A program made the position numbers and the translations under genes. 64,000 bases of DNA. It comes from Nemertoderma westbladi. Taxonomy: Eukaryota > Animalia > Xenacoelomorpha. The notes below the pieces were generated by a model that was given only the letters and a program-made list of their open reading frames with translations, was not told the DNA's origin and searched no databases. The stretch spans positions 1 to 64,000 of the forward strand of contig JAUCBJ010002028.1 of the NCBI GenBank assembly GCA_032718475.1, given 5' to 3'. This document shows, piece by piece, positions 48,218 to 62,320 of the stretch (its first letter is position 1; each line of letters opens with the position of its first letter).

Positions 48218-51200
48218 ATGGGACTGCAGTCCGCAAGACTGCAGACCTCAACCTCCATGGCACCCGGCACTAACCCCGACGGCATGGTCGCTCCGAGACC
48301 CGGCACTGACCCCAACGCCACGGTCTCTCCTGGGACCGGCACCGATCTCGAAGGCACGATCCCTCCCAGCACACATCCCCACGGCGTGGTCCCTCCCGGA
48401 CCTGCCACCGACCCCAACGCCGTGGTCCCTACTAGGTCCGGCACTGATCTCGAAGGCGCGATCCCTACCAGCACACACCCCGGCGGCGTGGTCCCTCCCG
48501 GACCCGGCACCAGCCCAAACATTAATCACTATGAGCGAGTCCCAGCAGCTATTATTAAGGTTAAGTTATGGAATGTAGAAGGCTTATCATACATACTCAA
48601 CTCGATTTCAGATGATGAGCTATTTCAAAATTCGGACATTCTCTTACTTACAGAAACATTCTACTGTATCTTGGTACAAATCTGGATTGCATCTCAAATT
48701 ACTACGCATATATACAACAAGCAGAGAAACAAGGACGAGGTCGCCCAAAAGGCGGATTAATGATTCTGGCAAAGCCATGGATTAACCCATCCCCTGTTTT
48801 CAAATCAAACTGTTGCATTATCATAAAATCTGATCTAGCATACTTTTCTGTTTTCTACTTCCCTCCAGATACACCTATATCACATATAACCTTAGAGATC
48901 ACATCCTCCTTGACCCAGACCGATAACTCATGCCCAATAGTGGTTGGAGGTGACTTCAACTGTAGAGTTGACTCTGGGGAACGTGGACGCCAACTAACAG
49001 ACTTTCTGACATCACTTGGCTTTATTGCTTTAAATGATTCATCATCTCATACCTATATATCACCCCAGGGCGAAAGCACAATAGACTTGATCTTTATAAA
49101 ATTCACAAATACTTTACCTGATTCAACGCCAAAGCCCCAAATAACACTCAACCCCATTAGAAAACACCAAAGCGTGTCAGCTGAAATTCCATTCACAAAC
49201 AATCCTGTACATATGGAGACTCGACCAAAAGCCTTAAGCAGAAAGCTTAACATGTCCTATCTGGAAAACCACCACAACATCCCATCTATGGTTGAAGCAA
49301 TAGATAACTCCGACCCCAATAAGGCAACAAAACTATTAGCTGAAATAATTTCCAGTTCAGTTTACCCCAAAGGGAAAAGACTACATAAAGGCAAACCATG
49401 GTTTGATCAGGAATGTTGCAATATAAAACGACAACTTATATCAGCCATACAATCTCGAAATATTTCAGCTGCTCATTCAACTCACTTCTATCAGCTCCAT
49501 CGATCATATAAAACTCTTATTAAAACTAAACGAGCTGCATTTGAAGAAAATTATTTCCTGGAAAGAATCCAAAAGTCAGATATAAACCCCTGGAGTCTTC
49601 TTAAAACTAGGAAACCAACTGTCGCTTCAGTAGATTTAAATAAACTGGAGACACATTTTCGAAACATCATCGGAACTAACAAAGACCTAGCACAGTTACC
49701 CACAGCTGCCACTGTAACACAGAGTGAAACCTCCGCGGACTATTGGTATAACGATAACATATCAACTGAAGAAGTAACTAGAACTATTAATGAGGCGGGC
49801 AATAACAAAGCCAGTGGTCCAGATCAGCTCTATTATGAGCATTTAAAACAAGTTCCACCAGTGATAATCGCCTTGATCACTATGTTGTTCAATGTGTGCC
49901 TCTGCCTAGGGAAGATACCTGATTTGTGGAAAAGAAGTATAATTGTAATACTTTACAAAGGAAAGGGGTCTCTAATGGAACCTGATAACTATCGTGGCAT
50001 TGCCCTTCTCTGTGTGCTGCTTAAAACTCTCACTTATATTATCAATAAACGAGTGCTCAAACATATTATAAATCGGTTACCAGCTGCCCAGTTTGTCTTC
50101 ATTCCAGGGAAATCTGCACAACAAGCAATTAGGCGTCTTCTTAAGGAAATATCATCAAATCTAACCTCGAAATCGCGCCCAGAACGTAAAGTTTACGCAG
50201 CATTTATAGACTTTCGTAAAGCCTTTGACTTTGTCAGTCGCGCCATTCTACTCTCAAAATTATATGGGTTTGGTATTAAAGGGAAATTGTATCTATTAAT
50301 TAAAGATCTGTTTACTAATAACGTCCAGGTGTTTGATGGTTTACGTCTTTCCGACGTCATAACCCAACTCAGAGGTGTTCTGCAAGGTGACTCCTTCTCA
50401 CCCACCTGCTTCGTAGTATTTATCGCAGATCTAGCTATAGCACTGCAGAACGCAGCCCAAGCACTTCGGTTCCTGTTCTATGCGGACGATCTGGTCTTCT
50501 ATTCTTCAAGGCGAGAGGATATCCAAACAGGTCTTGATGCACTTTACAACTGGTGCCAGCTCAATGGGATGGAAGTAAACTTAATTAAAACAAAAATAAT
50601 AAAGTTCAGGAATGGGGGGCCATTAGCAAAGGGTGACATATTTCTATATAATAATAAACTTGTCCAAATCACTAATGAATATGAGTACCTGGGAATTATT
50701 TTACAGCCATCACTATGTTTCTCAAAACATGTCCAACATAAAAAGATAAAAGCCTCGAAAGTTATTGGGTCACTTACGTTCTTGCCTCACATCTCATTCG
50801 ATGCAGGTATGAAGATCTATAAGAGGAAAGTTGAACCATTGGTCCTATACTCAATAGCGGAATTTGGCAAGTTTCTCACCCTAGCGAATCTAAAAGAACT
50901 CGACAAGGTGAAATCAATGTTCATAAAACGAATGCTTCGGCTGCATCAATCTTCCTCAGCAACACTAGCACATAAACTTGTCAAAATAAGATAAAATAAA
51001 ATTCTCAACCCTGATGTTGTTGAAAAATACAAGATACATCGTAGAGACAGACTAGGAAATTTGGAACAGGAGGGTTACTTATCTGGACCAGCGTTCCAAA
51101 CGTCTGTATGGCACCAAGCCAACCAAAGCAACCGCCACTTACTCACGCGCTGTACCTCGCACGGGTTCCATCATAAGATTTGCGCCCACAACCGCTCATT

Positions 51201-51327
51201 CCATTCCCCTCAACAGAGCTGCGTGTGCCGGTACTGCGGCCAATCTGCCTACCACCGCTACCACGTATTGGATTGTACCAGCTGCCCCTCTCTATCCGTC
51301 ATTGCCCATGTTAATAACTCAGTTTAA
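48218..51327 (+). pseudogene. LINE ORF2: Pro/Thr repeat, AP endonuclease, RT, Cys/His C-terminus (frameshifted)
   Basis: LWNVEGL...LTETF; GGDFN; STIDL; NKASGPD; NYRGIAL; FIDFRKAFD; GVLQGDSFSP; FYADD; HGFHHKIC...C.C..C...YH...C. Confidence 0.9.
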
Positions 51328-53778
51328 ATATATATTTTATTAATTTATTTTTATGTCATCACTACCGATTTGTGTTTTATACTTACAATTTTAGATTCGA
51401 TACAAAATATACATTATACATTTTACCCCGTTCGGGGTGTTGATTTAAAAAAAAAAGTATATATATGATAATTATTTTATTGTGCAGAACACCATCTCCA
51501 TACCGAAACCTAACACTAACCAAAACAATAAACGATATCATTACAAATTAATGGAAAGTAGTGCCACACACGTCGCGTCTCTCCTCCACATATTTGGAAC
51601 GATACGGGTTACCACCAGCTGACGGCTGCGCAAAGGCTGGGGCTAGATCTTCGCCCCCCCCCGGGGGCTAAAGGGGCAAGAAAAGGGCCAAAAAAACGGA
51701 ACGATTCTCAGCGGTGGGTAAGAAACGGACGCGGATTGGTCGCGAGTGGGCTAAATGTAGCTTATAACTGATTCCCCGTTGGAGGTTTTGCCGACGTTGA
51801 CCCTATCTGGTACACTTTTTGTTGTTTCTCATTAAGCTCAGCTTATAAAACGCAAGTGTAGTTCTTATTAGTTGTTTAGCCTCGGCTCTAGCACCTTGAC
51901 GTCTTCTGATTAGTTGTTTGTCCCACCCTAGCGAAAACGAAGTAATAATAAATTAATTGACTTGGAACGGTTTAAAAAAATTATGCATATGAAAAAAATA
52001 TTATTGAAATAAGTACATCTTTTGTCATCATTTATTTGTTATTAGAAATAAATTAAAATTGCATACATCCTCTGTTTCTCAGATATCTTATTTCTTAACT
52101 TCTCTATATTTGTTATATTTAATAATTCAATTAGTGCATACCTTTTTTACGCTATACCAATGGTGTTAAATTACTCGTGGAATGCATAACAGATTAAGAA
52201 ACTAGGGAATCCCCTCATGTTATTATTTATGACGCGTCCAGCATAGTACAACTCCCTACTCCAATACTACAGCCAATCGGATTGCAGTATTCTTTTGTAA
52301 AGGCCTTGTTGCAGCTTACTAATGTTGTGATGCCTTGGTATGGAAGCCTGGGGGATAGGTCCCATTTTATTCAACCAATGGGGATCGAGAATTCCCTTAG
52401 TGTTGTTCCCTGCTTGTAGTATTATCTTTTAGAAACATATACTTTTATATATAAGTTTATAAAATAATATCAAATATTTGTAGATCATTTTCTTTAATAA
52501 TAATAATAATACTATATTTACTTTAAATATATAAACTATTGTTCGCGCTTTCAGACCTTTAGCAGTTTAACCTGCCAATTTTAGGTGTCCTCTTGTTTAT
52601 AAATCGACTTTAGCCTATAACAAGTATTTAGTGCACATAAAGTTACATTAGCCGAAGCCAGTCTATGCGCGATCATTCACCCACAGTTAAGGGAGACTGG
52701 ATTCGGGTGCTTTGAAGTTATTGCGTTGCAGACCTACTGTATTATTCGATTGATCGTTACTATATAATCTCTGACAATATTATTCACTTTCGGGGAAATA
52801 TTAATAGTTCCTTTAGGACGTGGCGCTTTAAGTATAAAACAGAGTTATGACTTATTCTAAACACAACGAGATGGCTACTGATTTCCGTAAATAGCGCATT
52901 CTTTATGAGATGCTTTATTATCTGTCACCCTACTGCACACGACTTCACACTGATCTGCCGACCGTCACTGAATTTGATCATATATAAGGAGGATAGCAAC
53001 TGACACATGTAGGGATTATGAAATAGCATTTAATTCACACAAAAACCACTATAATGTAAGTCGCAATTGATACAGGTAACCGGTCCCTCTTACCTTCAGT
53101 AATCAAGAAGATTGGGGTTTTATGATTATTTATCGGTATTCTCCAAATATAACAACATATCCATCAACATATAACAATTAATAACAGACAGTAAAATCAT
53201 GCAGTTTGGTATGACAATGTGACAATATGTCCAGATAATAGATTTACGTTTTTATAATCAAAGCTGTCTAATGTTTGGCCAAAGTCTGAAACTTCTACAG
53301 AAGCCCAGAATAATTTCTAAGCCGATGTTCTGAGGCTCAGAAAGGTAAACAAAAACAGTAATGCATTGCGCGGTTTTCCGTAGGCCTCTGTGCAAGATAA
53401 AATGAAAATCGCTCTGATTGGCCGAGCGAGCTGAACAAAGAGATGTTCCACGTTTACAGTAAATCAGCTGACCGATTTCGTCATCTGAGTTCCAGTCTTT
53501 TAGAGTATTAGGCGCATTGCGGCAGAAAATGGCTTGTTATGTCCGCTAAAACACCCACACGGTACATTGCGGAGAAAATGGCTTGTTATGTCCGCTAAAA
53601 CACCTACACGGTATATTGCAGAGAAAATGACTGGTTATATCCGCAAAAGCTTTTACACCGCTCCCAGAAAATGGGATTTAATTCTATAAAATATAAAAAA
53701 TCACAGTTTCTAAAATATAAAAATACTCTAAACAGTTAGTCCTTCTTACACGAACGGCGTTTACGCAGTTTTTTGAGG

Positions 53779-56700
53779 CTAGCAAGTCTTTTTCTCTTTG
53801 GGGCGAGCCACTTTACTAGGAGGACTATAACTCCTGGGTGAAGGGTGCAATACAATTGCATCGGAAGGTTTAGGATTACGGTCGGTGTATCCGCCGGTCG
53901 AGGTACCCGGTTGATCGATATCAACCTCAGTGGAGCGAGGTCTAACAACCTTCAGAGCGCATTTCAAGCCAGCAGCTCTTACTGGTCCCTGATGATTCGT
54001 TTGCACGAGAGCTGTAGGTGGACCGTGAGTAGTGAGAAATTTCCTCGGTTTGATGGTTCTTTCTAACTCGCGTTCTCGGGCTCTATATTCATAGGGTCGT
54101 CTATGAACTTCCTGTAGTTCTGGATGCGAGTTGATGAACAAGTCACCATATTCCGGATCTTGACGGATGAAGTTGATCAAGTTATAGGAATTAAGATCAT
54201 TGGGATTAATGTTCCTGAGATATTTACGAACAAATTTGGTCGAAATATTCTCGCCAACACGCTTCATTAGTTTGTAACTCGGTGTGCAGGATTTTTGTTC
54301 AACGGACGCGAATAGATATGGGTGGAACGCATAAACTCCTTTGTAGGCACATCCAGGGTAATAGCGATGATGTGACTCACAATGTAAATCTGAGTTCGCT
54401 TCCCAGGCTCGGATGTAGCGTAGGGTAATCATTTCATCTACGCTTTCCAGATCGCGGTTGAAAGGGCAATCAAAACTTGCATGTCCTTTAAACTGACAAT
54501 GATGGCATTGAGTCATAAATTGGGGGCAGACTGCGAAAATGTGCAAGTTATTGAGTCTACAATACGCACAATAGATCTCCATCGCAGGCTGTTCATGGAA
54601 GTAGGAGCTGGAAGTAGGAGTAGGAAGTAGTGGGCTGAATCTCCTCGGATTCTAAGCATATTGGTTCGTCTTCCAATTGCATAGCTGAGGTAGGTGTGGC
54701 TGTCTCCTCAAGCGACCCACTGTCTGAACTTCCACAATAGAATAACCCGTGGGGATTCGAGGTCTTTGTATAACAGAGGAATGTAAGTTCTGTATACAAA
54801 CGTCCTTGAAAATGGCGAATCCAGTGCTGTCTAACTTCTCAGCAGCTGAGTCTCTTAGGCTGAGCTTGGTCAGAGCGCGGTCCTTGAACTGACTATCAAC
54901 GTTACAGAACGGAGTCAGAAAGCGCCTAAAGCATTCGAAGCGGATCAATTTATTGTATTCATCTAGCTTGGCGAGTTTGGTTCCAAGTATTAAGGGATGG
55001 GCGCGTATAGTACGACTGCACACATCGGCTAGCCAACCGGCAAGTGCGGCGTTCTCAAAGATAGTGTATATAGCTAATGAGGGACGAAGTGGAACACTCA
55101 TGAAGCTATACACGACGCCAGGTGCGGTCAATGGTCTGTCGAAGTATAATCGAGAATAATGATCTCCATATACTTGTTGATAGTTGATAGGGTTTCCGAC
55201 TTTGAAATTCCATCCGTACTCTTGGAAGGCAAGATGTCCGATGGAGGTTCGTTGTACTTTATTGATGCCGCTGGGTGTATTGGCATACATAGTTCGGAAG
55301 AAACCTCGGCCTTCTGCCCAGGGAGCAATCAGCTGGGTATCTACGAAAGGATATGGGATATTCTCCATGTTCCTAAAGTCGTTTTGGAGATCTCCATAAA
55401 CAGCGTGAGCCGATTTTAAGGATTCTTTCGTTAAACAACATCTCGAGCACGGGCTGGGGTAACATCGATCCATCGATACCCATGGCCGGTTTGCGCTCGG
55501 TGTCGGTGACGTAACGCTGCGCAAGTTCGAATTGTCCATGTCGTAATTTCTTTTGTATCTCGGTGAGTGTCTCAAAAGAATAATCAATCACGTCGGAACA
55601 TGCTCGAGTAAACATGTGGGTAGATATTGTATAGTATATGTCTCTACATCTCCATATCGTTGTATTCTCTCTTCCTCGAATAATACGTCGAGATCGATCA
55701 TCGATAATCGAGTTTTGATAAATCCATCGAGATTATACGGAGGCATTATATCCTTCTCTATTCTGGAAACATTGTAGGGTTTTCTGAATGAGTTTACTTT
55801 CACTAACTGATCCAGATGTTTCTGCAGTTGTTCGAGTTCGACAAGATCGAGAGGATTTATTAGTGGTAGAAACCTTAGACTATGTGTAGGATCTTCCGGT
55901 TTTACCATATAATATTGAGTTAGATTGACATAATAAGGGTGGTCTTTGATCCCATAAAACGAGTTCGGTAAAGGTCTAGCGCGTATGTTGACCTCGTGTA
56001 CCATACGACGGACAAGATCCGCTCGATTGTCCGGAGGTTCAACGAGTATACCGTCGACACGAGCGGCCTCGATTGGCGGATGCTGTAACATAGGAGCGTC
56101 AGCGATAAGATCTCGAGATCTTAGGTTGATATCAACCGGTTGAGGTTGTACCGTTGCGAAGAGTTTGTCTCCGAAATGGGGAACCATCGAGGGATGAATG
56201 ATGGTTTTGGAATAGAGATCAGTCATAAGGATTTGAGCTTCTGGTTGGGCTAAAGCTGCTTCTTCTCTCTCATCCATTTCGATGTGTTTCTCCTCGAGCT
56301 GATATTCCTCCGCTTGTCGTTGTAAGCGTTCATCTAAAAACTCTTGTAGAGAATAGGTTCGTCCAAGTTCGATGTCTTCCTCGAGGTTCTGGATTTCTCG
56401 ATCGAACTGGGGTAAGGCCAACTCCTTCACCGCTTGGACTTGTTGCTGCAATTTGTGTTTCTCTAAACAATCATAAGTTCCTTTTCCGATCTTCTGCCGA
56501 ATAGCGTCTAACGCGTTTCGTACAACGCTCTCCTCGACTTCGGTGATGGGTTGTATCGGGGTTAAACCGGGACGATTGTACGGGTTGAATGGCGATATTA
56601 GATGTCCGCGTCCCAATCCGGCTAGGTAGGATGGGCGAATATCTAGAGAGCCCACTACCGGAGTGCCACTGATTAATTGTTCGGGTAACACAAGATCTTT

Positions 56701-57281
56701 GAACAGTGAGTACAGTTCAGGAGGATCCGTTATACTATTAGGATCATTGTTTGAGGTCTCACTAGGGAATGAGGAGGTCTGACCGAGTATTCCGGAACTC
56801 TGATCATGGGTTTATTTAAGGATCGTTTGAGTCGAGCGAGCGTAGGTGATACGTCGAACAAGTTTCGCTCAAAACTCCCGTAAGTATAGCGAGTAAAACT
56901 GTCTGGCAATATTGAGATATGTTTCTCTCAAGAATTCCAGATATTCGTTGAAGTCGCTGCGTTTATCCGGCTCTTCAACGTCTTCTCTTTCGAGTCTGTT
57001 TCGAATAGAATTCTCGTGTTCGATTCTCGGTTTATCGTTACAACTCCGCTGGGTATGATATTTAAATAGAACCATTTCCCTTTCGGTGTCTACATCGTCC
57101 GTATCGTGTAAATCGATAGGATGGCCAGTAGTTAAGAAGTCCATATACGTACCATTATGATGCGTATAGCGAGTGGTGAATTTTCTATAGTCCAATTCAC
57201 GCGTGAGTTGTTCCTTGGACATTGGCGGTTCGATATAACGGCCATCATCCTCCGTAGTAGTTGGACTAGCGTCGCCACGTA
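53779..57281 (-). pseudogene. Large unknown ORF in the env position of the BEL element, with C-terminal CCHC knuckles
   Basis: Consecutive same-strand ORFs 56869-57222, 55588-56691, 54652-55587 (in frame across one TGA), 54593-54799 and 53779-54582 (CAYCRLNNLHIFAVC, CHHCQFKGHASFDC). Confidence 0.7.
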
Positions 57282-58800
57282 TTAACCCTATTAGTACCGG
57301 GCTATAAAATGCTGTACAAATACCGGGGGGGGGGGGGGAGGGGGGTCATATTGACCCCTCCCTCTAAAATCTACAAATATTAACGAAAACGTCTGATTTT
57401 TTGTTTGTACGTAGGTATCACTAGTCTGGATCCGATCGAAAAAAAAAATTTCGAAAAAATGTACTGGGGTGGTAATATTGCAGCACCAAAATTACAAGTA
57501 GTGCACAATTTTCACAAATTTTGAAAGTTACATTTTTCGGCTAATTGTTTTTCAATACAGGTTTTCTGGGGCGCAAAATACATTGGAAAATATTTAAAAA
57601 TGATATGATTACCATAAATGGCTGTTTAGTCCTCTATACGTAGGAAAAAAATGAAAAAAACAAGTAACCAGCACTTTTCAGTCAGAACACAAAATTTTTA
57701 ATTCACTTATACGATGCTATAAATTTCCATTTTCAGGTTTTCTTGGGCGCTGATTCTAATGGAATACATTTCAAATATGCCAGATAATTGCTACTTGTAT
57801 TTTTCGGCGTAATTTGGCAAATTTTGTTGCTAGCACCAAATTTCGTACCCATCACCAAAAAGTACAAGTTTGCGATATCCAGTGCTGTTTTTATTGATTC
57901 CATCGGATTCAGGACCCTCATAAACCCGTATAACGCAAGAAACAAGATGATACTATCTACTGATCAATTTACTCATTTTCCAAAATTTGGTGCTGGCACA
58001 ACAATTTTCACCCACCAGCGAAAAATACAAGTTTGAAAACTCTTATGAAATTTTTAATGCTTCCATTGAATTCAGAACCCTAACAAACCCGTATAACGCA
58101 AGAAACAAGATGACACAATCAATTGATAAATTTGATGGTTTTCAAAATTTGGTGCTAGCACCACATTTTGCACCCACTTCCGACAAATAGAAGTTTGAGA
58201 TGTCTAGTTCGATAATTATATATTCCATTGAATTCAGAACAGCCATAAACCTCTAAAATGCAACAAATAAATTGTCACAAGCAATTTTATCTATTGAATG
58301 AATTTTCAAAATTTCGTGCTAGCACCAAAATTTGCACACAGCACCGAAAAATACAAGTTTGATACGCTTGGTGCAACTCGTATATATTTTATCGAAACCA
58401 GAACCCCAAAAAACCCCAATTGCGTAAAAAATAAATTTCAAACAATCAATTTCCAAAATTGACATATTTCAAAATTTGGTGCTGGCACCAAAATTTGGCA
58501 CCCGCCGAAAAAAACAAGTTTGACATTTCTAAATCAATTTACATTAATTCCATCCAATTGCTAACACCAAAAAACCGGTGTAAATCAAAAATAGAGATGT
58601 TACAATTAATATTTAATGAAATGTAATTTTCAAAAAACGTCTCAAAAAAAGTGCCAAAAGTAGGGTTAAAAAATGGTGCTGTAACTCGAAAACTACTCAA
58701 TATTTTTGAAAGCGGTTTTCACTAATAGGAAGAAAATATATTTTTAGGAAAAGTCATAAAATTTCAGATTCCCAACTGCGTTTATTTCAGAATTATAATA
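57282..58800. mobile_element. piggyBac-like non-autonomous insertion (one end only) with ~163-bp internal repeats
   Basis: TTAA|CCCTATTAGTACC at the point where homology to copy 1 breaks; gct(a/g)gcac motif at ~57828, 57992, 58154, 58318, 58481. Confidence 0.7.
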
Positions 58801-59675
58801 AACATTCACCTATAAACGCACAAATTCCACACAACTGTCACAAATTGTACACATTCGGGCCATTTGTCCGTTAGTCAAGTGCCTTCCAGAATGCCACGTT
58901 ATTATTATGTATCCTTGGATACTAGCAGTGCGCTATTTATTCCGTATGCTATTCAATGGGGCAAGCTTTCTATTGTTCTTTTATCTCGCTTCTAATTCTA
59001 GCGTGGTTGTTGCTATGGTGACATTATGGAAAGCTAGCAGTAGAATTAGGGTAATTCTCATGCATACAGATCTGGGATGCTATTTAATAGTAATTCTTTA
59101 ATTGTCAATATTCCCCCTTATACATGATTTTATGAATTTTATTGGCTATTGACTATATATTGGAGATTCTCGCACACTAATATACTTAATAGGGTGAATC
59201 TCCGCTCCCATGATCTATTAATTAATGGCATTTTGGGAATGTTATAAATTGTATAAAATGACAATTTATCAAATTCATGCGAGAGGATATGAATTTAAAA
59301 TTATTCCCGTAAATTTTATTATTTAATATTAAATAGGCACAATTTTATTCCAGAGCATGTCTGGGGACTGGGATCCTTGATTCTAGGAAATTTGTCCTTT
59401 TAAGAGTATCGGTAAATACTACGATATCTTAATCGACTAGAATTTTAAAGGATCTAAATTTGAATCGATTTTGATTTATAGATTTTCTTGGTTTACAAAC
59501 TCCTTAGAGTTTATTTGTCTGCATTTACTCTATTATAGCATTTGTTTTGATTTTAGAGTTTTGTCTTTCAAGTATATCGGTGGGTGCCGCGAAATCTTAA
59601 TGCGATCGGGTGCAGAGACCTTCTGGTGGCATTCGGGGCAATTTTTGATCTTTCTGGTTCTTTTGGATTTTGGTT

Positions 59676-60359
59676 TTAGGGGTTTAGATTTCTGTACCGT
59701 ATGTTTTCGTATGTAAATGGATAGGGGAACATTCTCGGAGGATGTACTGCTGGGGAAGATGGATCTGAAGATAAATCGGAATGTGGAAGTTCTAGTTGGG
59801 TTGGGGTTGATGTAGAAGGGCCAGAGGGAACAATCGGTACTGAGGAAGGTAACTGATGGACGTTCGGGACACTGGGATAAGAATCTTCACCGTAAAGGTC
59901 TCTGTTGCCGGGAGTGGTCCATGCCACCTGTGGCGGTGGCAGGGACACGGATGCGGGCAGCGGTGCCTCCAGCTGGATGTAATCAGTCGCCACGAATGTG
60001 GCGCGATCACTTTCAACAGCCACAGGCACAGCTACCACCGGGTCCTCCATAAACACAGCGTCCCAGACCGAACCAAGGACATCGCTAAGAGCAGGGCCAG
60101 TCAGCTGGGGTGGTTGGGCCACATCAGCTAGCCCAGTTAATTGTGGCGTTTCAGCCACAATGTCCTGGCCCACTGATTGTGGCTTGGCCACCACCTTAGC
60201 CCTCGGCTTCCGCAGTTTCGCTTGTCCAGATCGGTCTGGGACTTCAGTAAATGACAGGGGCTGGATGGGATCGGTGATAGTCATGTATCGAATCTGTGCC
60301 GAGACCCGAGTGGTCTCCCAACGGATAAGGGGAATAACTGAACTAATAAAGAAAAACAA
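59676..60359 (-). other. Pro/Ser-rich open frame, probably part of the BEL internal region
   Basis: 227 open codons, GC-richer than the flanks and collinear with BEL copy 2; no motif; truncated by the LINE tail. Confidence 0.3.
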
Positions 60360-60396
60360 CTCCCTAGTACAAAATTATTCGATTAGGTAAACCTCC

Positions 60397-62320
60397 TAGT
60401 AGTAGTATTTTATTGACATTGATAATATTGTTAATAATATAAAGCACAGCACAATCACAAATAATAAGCGAAATAGGAAATGAGGGAACTGTTAAACCGT
60501 ATTCAAAAAATAGTACCTAATTATAATGTCCAAAATATTCAAATGATATAAACAACGATAGTTCAATACTAATCTAGTAATTACAGTAGATATAAGTACT
60601 AATCGCCGAAAACCTGTATTACTTCATATATATATTTACATAGAGACCCTAAATTATTATTATTACCATAGAATAATACTGAAAGGGTTAACGTTATCAA
60701 AATCCAAATTTTCATATTTATTCCGTAATTTTGTGGTTAAAGGGCAGAAAAGTAAAACATGGGGTTCATTTTGTACAGAAATTTTGTCGCACTCACACAC
60801 CCGCTGTTCGGTCGGGGTTCGGCTCCATCTACCCTTTTCTATCCTTAGGTTGTGTGACATTAGTCTGATACGGGTGAACCCTATCCGGATATAATCTGGC
60901 AGGTATAGGTCGCGGTTTTTATACAACTGGTGTGGTTCGAGCTTGGGGTTCATTATTTCGCGATATGTCCAGAATTTTGTTTTTGATTCATCTTTAGTTC
61001 TAATTTTACTGCGAACTGTTTTCAAAGTATCACCATCTACTGATAGGTCAGTATCAGTTAAAATTTTATAGGCCGGTGTATTTGCAGATTTACAGAGCTC
61101 GTATACTTGGTAAAATGGGATATCTATATCTGTGTTCTTTAACATCTTTGATAGATAATTTTTCCGAGAGTTACAAATACGGGACTCAAGAGGTTGTATT
61201 CCGGCTTCAATTAAACATAGATCAATCTGTGTCCGTAGTCTAACACCAAGGAGCGTCCTTACCATACGGTTATAGTATTTTTCGACTATTTTTGTATTGC
61301 ATGTGAGCCAAGATTCGGATGCGTAGGTAAGTGATGCTAATATTCCGTCTTCAAATACTTGTCGTTTTAGAATGAACGGCATACTTGTGTTTTTCGCACA
61401 AAAAATGGCAAATTTGTTAGCGGTTTCTTCCCAGTGGGGTTCCTGAGATTTGAAACATGAGGTCATTTTACCATCACTTGTAAAAACTGCTCCTAAATAT
61501 ACATAATTTGTACAATGAGAAACGGAACATGATTCACTGAGTACGAAAGGTTCCTTGTCATCCCCAGTACTGTTGATTACAAAAAATTTTGTTTTTTTTG
61601 GGTTAATAACCATTCCAGAATAGTTACAATAATCGTAAAGTGCATTTAGTTTACTTGTACATGTTCGCCGTGATGTAGATAAGATGACAGTATCATCCAT
61701 TAACAAAAGTACCTGGATTGCTCCAAGGAAACCATCACTAGAAACAGCATCAAATATCATAGTAACTAACTTATTTAAATATAAACAAAACAAGGTGCCG
61801 CTAGATGGCGCCCCTTGTCTAACACCTATTGTAGAAATAATACATGCAGTTTTTAGTATACTTTTAGTAGATGAATACAAGGCTTTTATTGATAATATAA
61901 ATAATTTGCCGCAACCTAAAGATCTCAAGTATTGTAACATCTTATCTCTCGGCACTTTGTCATATGCTTTACAAAAATCCACAAATACAAAAAATAATTT
62001 AACCTTTTTATGTACAGCATAATCGATAAGTAACCTAAGAGACAGAATGTGTTCCAGACAGCCACGGCCTTTCTGAGCACCGGCTTGACATTTATTAATA
62101 TTGCACCACTTAATTAAACGGTTATTCAGTAATATATCATAAATCTTGGCTAGACTAGTCATAATACTAATGTAATGTGTACTACTAATACCAAATACTA
62201 ATGTAATGTGTACTACTAATACCAAATACTAATGCCCCTGTAGTTTCCGCAGAGTAAATGATTACAGGATTTAAATAGTCACCAGTTTACTAACTCCCCA
62301 AGAGGTAGGGATAATGTTAC
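60397..62320 (-). mobile_element. 5'-truncated LINE (RT + C-terminal Zn-finger; RTEX/Proto2-like, tentative)
   Basis: FVDFCKAYD, GVRQGAPSS, LLMDD, RLMSHNLRIEKGRW...RVCEC...NEPHVLLFCP; AATAAA plus (TAC)n tail at 60397-60415; upstream PTSWGVSKLV / K...NYRGISI at 62230-62320. Confidence 0.9.

Larger units (their letters stand above)
45999..51456 (+). mobile_element. Near full-length two-ORF LINE (tentatively RTEX-like), ORF1 interrupted by another LINE
   Basis: ORF1 at 46163-48161; ORF2 with EN, RT (YADD) and a C-terminal Cys/His domain; 3' hairpin accccgttcggggt plus A10 tail; candidate TSD aaagtatat(t/a)tat at 45986 and 51454. Confidence 0.85.
52540..59600 (-). mobile_element. Second copy (3' part) of the BEL/Pao family element
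   Basis: LTR at 52540-53657 with the same PPT junction (ccgctcccagaaaatggg); 53658-57281 is homologous to 3301-4848, and 58801-59600 to 5207-6060. Confidence 0.88.

Noticed and set aside
54088-56280. Intron whose removal explains the copy-1 deletion
   Set aside because: Breakpoints lack GT-AG.
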